Positions 53,741 through 64,000 of a stretch of 64,000 nt of DNA are shown in pieces. Source of the DNA: Tricharina praecox. Lineage: Eukaryota. A program made the position numbers and the translations under genes. The notes under the pieces were generated by a model that saw only the letters and a program-made list of their open reading frames with translations, had not been told where the DNA came from and ran no database searches. Location: assembly GCF_024521635.1 (NCBI RefSeq), contig NW_026250409.1:1426001-1490000 (forward strand). The letters are read 5' to 3'. Within the stretch, counting starts at the first letter, position 1. Each line of letters begins with the position of its first letter.

Positions 53741-56700
53741 AAAGGTGCGTAGGGGGAGGGGGGGAAGGGGGGTGCAATGTATATATGTATGTGACGGAAT
53801 TGTTTCTTTCTTGTGAGTGAGTGTCGAGGCGGCGCAAACTTCAAAGAGGAGGCGTCACTGGTTTCACGTCTTTGGTTGCGGCTTGGGTTTTTGGACGGTT
53901 TTGGACTGGACTGTATACTTTTAGTTTTATTATGTTATTATGTACTGATGTTGAGGTTGAGGTTGATGTTTTTGGTAATGCGGGGGGTTTCGGCTGGTGG
54001 TAAAGGTCGTGGTGCTATGGGGGTGGGGGGATGCGGCGATGGGACTGGCGATGTCCTCGGGCACGCGAATGGCTACGCAAGTAGGTAGGTAGTAGGTACT
54101 GCCAGGCTGGAATTAATGACAAAGAGGAGTTTTTAGCTGGTGGTACAGTGGGGGATGCAGTGATGGACTATGGCTGTCCTGGGAAGAATCATGGATGAAT
54201 CATACCATATCACCCGTTTGGTATCATTCTCTTCGAGCGTCCATTCGGTCGTTTCAGACGACAAACAAGTAGCAACCCCCCAGTGAAAACAAAGATTGAC
54301 ACCGTACATTTGCCATTCGGTCTTGAGGCCCATGAGACCGCCTCTCAGCGTTTTCTTTGGTGGTGGGATGCAACGATGGGACTATGGCTGCCTTGGGGTG
54401 TCAGATGGGACTATGGATGTCTTTGGGCACGCGAATGGCTACTTAGGCAGGTAGCCAGACGCTCGGAGGACCGGTGGTGGGTGCTTGGAACATTCGGTGC
54501 GGTAGCGGGCCCACGTTTGGTTTTCTTTCTCTCTCTCTCTATTTCCCTCTCTCTCTTTCTTGTACCTGTAGCTCCAGACCCCGAATATACATGCCACTTC
54601 ACTTCTCGCCAACTCCGTCGTTTCAGTGAATCGTTTCCAGGAGTCCTTTTAACAATGAGACCACCGCTCGGTGTTTTGTCTGGTAGAATTTGAGGATTGT
54701 AGTTGCACGTTATAGGTAGTAGACCTCGGGATCCATAGGTTATGTCCTCAGGTTCCATAAAGCTTCCTCCGCACGAGCACAATAGACATACCGGTAGTAA
54801 TATTACTTTGTCACTCCGCTCTCACACACACCACAACTTCACCACTCTGCTAGAGCCTTCCGAAAGTAATCGTCAAGCTCGTCCGCCGAGATAGTTACCT
54901 GTCTACAAATCCTACATACCGTTCACACTTCAATGGCTCTCCGCGGTGCGAACTCGTCCACCCAACCTAATCCGGCTTGTAAAATTTACCCTACCACCAG
55001 ACAACTAGCACAGAATTATACCTACTCAGAAAAGCCATTCGAGAGGCCCTTCCGGCGTACTATTACCTACCTGCTTACCTGCTTACATACTTACCTGCAT
55101 CCGGCTGGGCTCGCGGTCTTGTACCGGATGTATGTAGCTCCTCTTCCATCAGCTTTTCCTCTTCATCTCTACTGCGAAACCCCCGTAGGTATGTACCTAG
55201 GTACCCAGCTCACTGCGCGTGATTTCGTAGGTAGCCTTTATGAAGCGGCATACCAGGTAGGTGGTGAGGCCCCTTCCCGCCTCACTGGCGCACGTCAAGA
55301 GGCGAATCAGCGACGAGAAATTGAGAGAGGCCCACCACGGATCAAGAACCGCCGGTACACCACTAAGCGGCCTAGAAAGAAGACCCTAGATCTGCTCCCA
55401 GCCAAAGCGCCAAAGAGGCTCGCTGCCCGATTTTATTAACTGACGACGGGGTACGCCCTCACGGCTACGTACCTGAAATTGATCAAGAAGTGAGATCAAG
55501 ATCACTGCTGCTGGTGCAACAAACCAATTAAAAAATCACGAGAGCACTTGTTCAAGCACTGCCCACGGTAGAGAAGCCAGCAGAACGCCATGTGGGCGAA
55601 GGTTGGGAAGAAGACAAACAGAAGAAAGGATTACCACGGTTCGCCATAGTAAAGATAGGCTGCATGCGAAATAAACTGAAGATCTCTCTCTCTCTCTCTC
55701 TCTCTCGTTTCCGCAATTGTAGCATGATCTAGATAGATCTAACACACTATGATAAACAGAAAGAAAACCCTATCGTTTTCCCAATCGAGACGACAAAATC
55801 TCGGAGAGCGGCCATCCTAAGATTCTGCAGTCTGCTCCCCATTTCTCTCACTGGAGCAGTGATGGTGTAGGTTCGTCCCGCCAGGCCGCACCAGCAGCTG
55901 GGACTTATCTTCGCTATGTATGATACTTCTTTCTTTCGGTGGTTCCCTTCAGTCTCAATCATACCTCATCCGTTTATATTTCCTGACTGTATGCAATAAA
56001 ATATGACCTTGATTCACCTAATTTTCTGCTGGTATTCATGCCTCTCAATGGCTTCCACTATCTAGGTAGTGGAAACAGCTCGAGCAAGGAGATGAGACAG
56101 TTGTATTGGTCTCTATTCTTGGAGGCCAATACCGGGGGATTTGCAGCAGTCCATCACACCGGCTGCCTGTGGATTTAGAATATATTGTAGTGGCTGGGAA
56201 AGGAAAAGGTAAGTTCGGTTGGGTTGCTATTTTGGATATGTAAGTAGGTAGGTATGTAGATACCACTGGCTTTGAGGCCTGAGCGGCGACAGCCCTCAGT
56301 TGGAGATACGGATCCCCAGCAGCAGCGAGGGGGCTCAGGTGATAGTAACGGGTGGTCAGGTGAGAATGCCGGATAGACAGATGTCGGGTATCATCTAGGT
56401 ACATACTTTAGAGATATACGCGAAGCCGGCGAAGCAACTATCAATATCATTCCTGTCGGCGCGGCTATAGTCTATAGATAGGCTACTGTACCGGTCGCCT
56501 CAACGTTGAAATGTCCTCTGTTGCTACTTTTATGTTCGTCTGGTCGGCCGGTCTCAAGACACGAGACATCAGATGTTATCATCACGCAGGCAGTATTAGT
56601 CCAACATCGCGGAGATACTTTGAGGTTGTTCGGCGTGAAGAACACAGGCTGCTTTCTTTTCTTGTTGCTTGCGTTCAGTCAGTCTCTCCAGTTGCCCGTG

Positions 56701-56983
56701 CTAGTCGGAGGTCTATGTTCCGCCGTCGTGATTGCAGAAACGACACGCCTACAAGTCTGGATGGTAGCCAGCGAATCGAGTGCTGATTCGTGCGGCCGAT
56801 CTGGGGTATCCCTGCAGCCAAGAAAACCGCCAACAACACGATCGGCGTCCCTGCAGGCACCGATCTAGGTATCAACTCTACAAGCCACCTCAGAAGTTCA
56901 GTAGCATTGCTTTTTACATACCACGTCTCCCTTCATTCCCATCCTCTCCACCATCTCCCGTCACCACCGCCACAAACTCCAGC

Positions 56984-57854
56984 ATGTCTCTCGACCTCTC
57001 GCTCGCGCCCGTCCCCACCGCCGCGATCACCGAATCGTCCCTCGAGGAGCTCATCACGCACGGCATCGCGCTGATCAACACGCTTCCGTCGCGCACGGCT
57101 CCACCCAGCGCATCGACCGGCGAAACCAAGATCTCGTGGTCGGCCGGCAAAGGCGACGCCGAGACGAAGCTCTGGAAAGCCACGCACAACAACGAGCCAT
57201 GGATCGCACGTGTCACGGATCTGGACGGCATCGGATACGCCGAGCTCTGGCGCCGAGTGGTGGAGGAGAAGAGTCTCACCGAAAAGACGGTGCTGATGCA
57301 ACCTCACGACGAGATTGAGAATGTCGGCGAGGAACGTGTGTTTGGCGATATCAAAGTGATCGGTATGCATACCCCCTCCTCCTCCTCTCCCCCCTGCCTA
57401 CAAGCATCATGGAAATTTAACCGATGCAGATGTCCACAAGCTCCTCCACGTCCAAGCGTTCTCGGCTCGCGAGTTTCTCGAGACCATCGTTTACAAAGAC
57501 CTTTCTCCGAAGGACGGACCCAAGTGCTGCATCATCATCTCGATGCCTACAGCGGGCGAGATCAAAGACCCCGCACACGCCCACGGCGTATATACGTCTG
57601 TCGAAACCCTCCGCGAGGTTGGAGATGGGAAGGTGGAAGTAATCATGTCCCTCACTGTATGTTCTCCCTTCTCCGGTTCACGCGTCTGCTATATCCTCCC
57701 CTCTGCATGTGCGAGTACTAATGCTGCCTAGAGTAATGCGGGCGGAAACATTCCGAGGTGGATGCAGAACATGGCCATGGCGGGACAGATTCTCAGCGAC
57801 GGACAGAGATTCTTCAAGTTTCTCCGTGAGCAGCCAAAGCCGGCTGAGGTTTGA
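56984..57854 (+). CDS. DUF3074 / START-like lipid-binding-fold protein, 242 aa; exons 56984-57362, 57430-57656, 57732-57854
   Basis: Motifs WIAR, HGVYTSVETL and SNAGGNIPRWMQ are typical of fungal DUF3074 proteins. Two GTATG...AG introns give a 729-nt frame. Confidence 0.8.
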
Positions 57855-57931
57855 GCCTGCATACCTACACTACACTAGACCATAGATAGAAAGTTGCGTG
57901 TCAATATATATAAATCGTGTGAGCCTTCATC

Positions 57932-58012
57932 GATTCAGTAGTGTAGGGGTATCATGGGCGCTTGCCATCCAGCATTCTGCGCCCGACCCGGGTTCAAATC
58001 CCGGCTGAATCA
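57932..58012 (+). tRNA. tRNA-Gly(GCC)-like gene with a 10-nt intron (copy 3)
   Basis: Exons identical to copy 1; intron TCCAGCATTC. TATATATAAA about 20-28 nt upstream and TTTT just downstream. Confidence 0.85.
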
Positions 58013-61000
58013 GAAATCTTTTGTGGATATTATTTTTATTGCCGGTTTATTGAGGAGTTTGCAGGACGACTGGAACTGGATCATCGGAACACGTCAGCTC
58101 TCGGTGGATCGTAAACGATAAGAAGTTGTGAATCATCTTGTTTTTTTGAAAATAGGTTGTGGATCGTGTGTGATAACAAGTTGTGACGCTGTGATTCTGT
58201 GATTCTCTGGGACCGTTGGACGATGAAGTGCGCATTATAAGACTCGGAACTTGGAGTCTTTGCAAGATATGTACTTCACTCCCAAAGCACAAATTCAAGC
58301 GCCCAGCGAAAACAAACCGGTGAGCTCGGGTTGATTCACACCGTGAAGTGCTTCATGTTATCTGTTGTTTAGGCACCAAGGCCCTAACTACATATGCTGG
58401 ATTCACCGACTGCTACGGCCTCGAGCGTTTGCAAATGTCTTTGCTTGACTGGCCAGAACCAACCTTGGTGTTCCATTCTGTGTGAATTATCAATCAATGT
58501 GTTTCCTTGCTTACTCGCCTGCTTGTTTTCTTCCTTAGACATCTCCCGCCACTATCCGACCCCGCTTCCCCACCACCACCACCGGTCAATGGGCCATAGC
58601 TACCTGGCTTATCGTGATTAGGAGGGCTAGATGCTGCTGCAGCCGTCTCAATAAGAGTACCATACATACTATACCCTTCACCGGCGCAAGGCGAGCGCGG
58701 AGAAGAGCCTCCTTGAGAGTGAGATGCATGCATGCCTTGGAGATCCTATGTAGGTATGTACCCGATGCCTGTCCGCCCGTCCGGCCAGCCGGACGATCAA
58801 ACGATGGGCTGGGCTGGCTAAGCTGGCTAAGCTGGCTAAGCTGGCTAAGCTGGCTGGGCTGGACTGCGGCTGGTGGAACGCTCGCTCGGAAGGCCGGGCC
58901 GAGCCCGCCCGCCGCTTCGACCTTCGATGGTCCACAGATACTGATCTGATCTGATCTACGGATTGGGAACCGGGCTTGAGACGTCTAGGGTACCTAGGTA
59001 GGTGCGTGAGTGGGTAAGGTGGGATTGGTATCGATGCAGGCGGATGACGACTGGGCTGGGGCAGTCGGGAGGGAGGGGGGGGGGGTTGTTATGTGTTATG
59101 TACATATGGCATACGTATACGGTAAGGATTCCAATGCACTCTGGTCAGTGAGATACCTAGAGTACCAGTACTTCCACATCAACCGGCCTGCAAGCGGCTA
59201 CTCTACGCTGGGTATATCTGTCTATACCGAGCGCCAAAAAAAAATAGGTTGGGCCCGGCTGGGTTGGTTGGAGCTCAGTAATTACTTACTTGGGTATGTA
59301 CCGGGGCGGCAGGAAGTTGATATGTATGTATGTCGAGCTTCGACCTCCCCCTAACCCTCCCCACGATGCCGCTCTCTCCCCACATTCCGGAAAATTGTTC
59401 CCGCGCAGGCCGGATTATTGTGCTTATCCGGATCCCTGGGGTATATACTCGCCTCCGTACCTATCGTAGAGTAGATCTGGGGGAGGGGGGGCTCTACAGT
59501 AGCGTATCGTATCGTAGATTATCGTAGATTATCGTAAAGTAGAGCAGGGCGGACTTGCGCACACACACACTGCACATGTAGCTGAGGACACATTTCCTAT
59601 GGATGAAGATACTTACCTACCGTACTCTAGGTAGAGTACATAGGATAGGTACGGCAGTCCACTGTCCACGGCTAGTTCGTAGTTGGTCGGCATCGGCTTT
59701 CCCACCGAATCGATCACCTTCCTCTGCCCCACCCACAAAACCCTCCGCGATATCGATGAGCAATTTTGCATCATCTGCCGACCGCTATGTATGTACTTAC
59801 TCCAGAAATTCGCTCAATCTGACCCACCGATCAATGAGGAATGACTGTTTGGATTCGACTACTCCAGAGTAGAGTACTCTAGCGGGGGCTTATTCGAAAC
59901 AGTCGTGCATAGCCCATCACTCGTGCTGTCCTGATGTGCTTTGGGATGCGCCACCAAGGTGCTTAGGTTGGTAGGCTCTTCGCGGCAAACGGTCATATCA
60001 GGTAGGGCATTGGCTGACTGGCTTGGCTGGGCATGCTGCCTGACCTCGGTGAGTGGCCGCAGCCAAACCGTGTTACCGCACCAGCGCCGCCCGTCCGCAT
60101 CCGCCGCTCGCATGATGTCCATGCCAGTCATCCGACTGGTTGATGCCATCTTTAAGCAGCAACCAGGCCATCAGCGAATCGGAATGCGCCTTGGCCCCAA
60201 ACATTGAGTCAACCTCCTCCTCCTCCTAGGCTCTTCCTCCTCCATTCAGACCCCTCGGGTGGGTCCCCGCCAAACGAGCGAATTGGGCATCATCAGATTT
60301 GCGCAAGAATCGCGATCTAATCGGCCGGCATTCCCACAAGTTTTAACCACTCGATGCGGCTGCAGGCCCATACATAATCTGCATATTCTACACCCTCTAC
60401 ACCCTCTACATATTCAGCGTACTACATACACACTCTACACACTCCCCGAGGCCCACCACAGTCGCAAAGAAAAGAAAAGGTTGGAAAAATCACTTGATTG
60501 AAGGACGATGTGCGTCTGCATGCCTAGTTTATGCCTACCTAGTTCAGTTCTGTTCTGTTCAGCCTAGCCCCAACGCCACATGGGGAAATAAAAACCCCCA
60601 ATTCAGGCTTTCGCACGCACAGCTCCCCCTGCCCTGTGCCCCAGCTGCCCAACCCACCCCCCATGTCATGTTGAAGCCGGCAACAGGGTGCTGGTGGTGG
60701 TGGTGGGCCGCCCGTTTATTTTTTATTTTTGTTAATCTTTGGCTCCCCGGACTAGAGTTAGCATGGGCTTGGCTGGGTTTTTAATATGTTCGCGTATCGC
60801 GGTTCCACGGAATAATAAGTAGGCCGGCAGTAGTAGTAGTGGTAGTAGTAGTAGGATATAGTAGTAGTAGGAGTAGCAGTAGTGGAAATTAGTAGCAGGA
60901 GTAGTAAGTGGCTGCCCTGTGCCAGCCGTACCCTAAACCTCTGCTGCTCCCTGTTCGCCGACGAATGGGATGGGAAGAGGAAGAAAGAAGGAAAGAAGAA

Positions 61001-62437
61001 AATAACAGCCCATGTCCGGTGCATACCAGAGCAGCAACCAACACGTGAAAAGAATCCCATGCAGTGAGAGGAAACAAAGGGATTGCTGTGTTAATGTGGT
61101 TACTGTATGTATGTATGGTGATTGTGTATGTATGTATGGATGTGTATGTATATGTGTATGTGTGTATGTGTGTGTGTGTGGTTGCCGCAGTCTACTAGTA
61201 CATACCGGTGTCTACATACCTATGTGTGGTTGGTGTATGTGCTGTGCGGTCGCTGTGTGTACAAGTGGCTGCTCGCTGTAGGTCTTGCTCTAGGTACGTA
61301 CCAGGTAGATATGCATGCATGCTCCCTTCTTGTTCATCGCCATCTTCTTCTTCTCCTTCTTCTTCTTCTCCGACTTCGATCAAGCGCCTGCACTTCACTT
61401 CCTCCTCCTAAAATTTCCATTTCCATACGGAGCCCCTATGTACCTAAATACCTACCTATAGTAGCAAAACTTCGCAGCCACTGCGCCGTCGTGAAAAGGA
61501 AAAGGAAAGGAAGGTTTATCTCCAATCAGATATCGAAGCAGCACGAAACCCAAACCCAAACCCAAACCCAAACTTGGGAGTTTCCTGTCAAATCACCCAG
61601 CAGTTTCCCCCCATAATCTGCTGCATATCACCCGATCGGTGTGGGCTCTTTCTGATCCGGAAAAGAAAAGAAAAAGACCATGGAAAGGCCAATGAAACGC
61701 GCCAGCTGAAGGCTCTACTACTGAAATCTTCACACTTACATATCATACCAGGTGTGGGTCCGCGTGTGTGCGTGTGCGTGGGAAAAAAATAGCGCGGGAT
61801 GAAAGCGGATTAAGAACTGCATGCGCAACCAGTGTGCAAACGCAGGGGAACACCGATTGCGTTCAACTTAGTAAGTCATGTGCAGGGGGGAGGACTCAGG
61901 AGGGTGGGACGGTTGGCTGGCTGGGTTAGCGATAGTTCCGCCTGGGGACTCACGATCCGACTTTAGATCTTGCAATTGGCATCGAGGTTTTTGTTTGGCA
62001 GCACGGCTGGACTGGTAAGTTTAGTACCGCATGTTTGGCTGCAGTGATTGGACCGGTTAGCTATGGACAAAAGGCCGTACGCGGTAGGACATTGGTTATT
62101 GGTCGTTGGGCATTGGCTATTGGGTGATGTGCCGTCGAGACAGCAAAAGTCGCAACGACATTGAGCTCTGGGGGAATACCTACTAACCTACCGACCGTAC
62201 TCACCTATGTTTCCCGCATAAGCAGCAGCATCGGTTTGTTTGTTGGATGGTTGGTTGCGCGAGATACGCTGCGGCGGCGGTTTCAGTCATCTTCCCTAGT
62301 AGCACTCTACCGTACGATCCGGACCAGCAGCAGCGTGATCCTTCCGTATCGCCAACGAGCGCGCCTGCGAGGAAAGGAAGGCCTATCTGGGAATTCCGCA
62401 AAACGTTGAGTGGTTTTCACCGACGCCGCGTGTGCGG

Positions 62438-62540
62438 TGCTGTGCTGTGCTGTGCTGTGCTGTGCTGTGCTGTGCTGTGCTGTGCTGTGCTGTGCTGTGC
62501 TATGCTGTGCTATGCTGTGCTATGCTGTGCTATGCTGTGC
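62438..62540. repeat. (TGTGC)n / TATGC pentanucleotide microsatellite
   Basis: About 20 units directly visible. Confidence 0.95.
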
Positions 62541-64000
62541 TTATTTTTTTTTCCCAATCCACGAACGAGCGAACCTGAGATGGCGACGGGGCGACGGACG
62601 GAGAAAGCAAAGCAAAGCTCGAATCTGACATTTGATGCGGAATCGAGGGGGAGGGGGGGCACAGATAACGGGGGGGGGGGGGGGTAGGTAAATAAGAAGG
62701 TACGTGACTCTGCGAGGTTTGTGTGTGTGTGTGTGGGAAGTGTGTAGGCAGAAAATCACCGCTACCCCACACTATCGCCCGCGCACTTGAAGAATGAAAC
62801 TGCGTGGGCTGATGTTCCTGGTCACCGCGGGAGGATGGGGGGGAGGGCTTGTGTTGTCTGGTCAGTATGCGCCCGCCTGTCGTCCGTGGGGATGTTAATG
62901 TGAGGACTTGCGAGCAGGAAGCGTCGATTGAAGGTATGCTTTGTTTTTCCGCATGGTCTTTTACCCTCGCCCCCCCGCACCCGTTGGGATATCGCGCCGA
63001 TCATCGGTGGTGTGTTGATGAGGGTGGCGTTTTTATTTATTTATTGTTTTCCTTTTCTGGGGTTTCTTTTCAAGCCACAGCGACCACCGCCTCGATGAGG
63101 CTGAAGCAACCACCTCCACGTCATATCGTGCATCGTCGGTGGACGGGGGCGACTTCCTCGGACCTCCAGATTTGTCGCTAGAACGATTCTTCTTCTTGGC
63201 TCCCCCCTCAGAATAGTTACCTAGGACCTTATGCATCGGATTTCTTTCGGCTCTTCTCCGGAATCTTCACCCCCTTCCCCCCGATGGTGTCGGGTATTAT
63301 CCAATCTGGGATCACGGTAGGTAGAGTATGCAACTCAAGTAAGTGCACTAACTATGTACTTCCTTAGGTAGAGTAGTGCCCCCGTCCACTCTGGAGCAAC
63401 CCACTGGGTAGAGCACTCGTGCCATGCACCATTTGCTGTCAAACAGCCCGGTTGGAGATGTTCGGGCTAGGCTGACCATCCGAGATAGGAGATCGCGGAT
63501 GGGATACCGAGGAGCTGGAACCGCCTCCGGTATCCTGTCCTGCTAGTTTCTCGGGAATTCATGTGCGTACAATACTTACCTACATAGGTAGCCAAGTAGG
63601 TACATATGCGTCCATACATACATACTTCCACACCATGCCACCGTACCGTACGGTAGCGACCACGACACGGGGGAGGAGGGGAAGCGGTCGTCGGTGGCAT
63701 GGGCGAGCGAGAGACCGCCGGCGATTTGTGCCAGCACCGTCCTCTTGTCGTGCACCCATCACGGCCCACATGTGCAGTACATACTTAGGTACAGCTGCGG
63801 CCACGGATGTTGCGAAGTCGCCGGGACCAGCCGCCTCCACGCGGCCATGCAGCCGCCGCGCCGCGGGCTTCTCGGCGAGCGTCGAAGTCGGAAGTACATA
63901 CACGTACCCAAGTAAGTAACAAGTACCTAAGAAGTACTTGATCTCTAGAGTATGGTACTCCATGCTTATCAGCAATTGACATTGCTCGACCCGGCGTGGT

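Noticed and set aside
50190..54442. CRISPR-like arrays in the 30-bp and ~40-bp repeats
   Set aside because: No constant repeat with regular unique spacers, no cas genes, and a eukaryotic context.

Overview
Eukaryotic window, most likely from a filamentous ascomycete (short GT-AG introns with CTRAY-type branch sites). It is gene-sparse, with long intergenic tracts rich in microsatellites. I reconstructed seven spliced protein genes by hand: a 73-aa signal-peptide plus GPI-signal micro-protein that the ORF track misses, an FAD-dependent monooxygenase, a medium-chain (Zn-type) alcohol dehydrogenase-like protein, a PTH11/rhodopsin-domain membrane protein, a ~2750-aa acidic GAR(GAS2)-domain protein, an L-type amino-acid transporter and a DUF3074/START-like protein. 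The non-coding DNA holds three intact copies and one decayed copy of an unusual intron-containing tRNA-Gly(GCC), two hAT-like MITEs, a pogo/Tc2-like MITE, a Ty1/copia relic, an ~850-bp fold-back palindrome of a pseudogene downstream of one tRNA copy, and a strongly over-represented 8-mer (GTAGAGTA/TACTCTAC). No biosynthetic core gene, CRISPR array or rRNA was seen. All family assignments come from motif recognition, not database searches.
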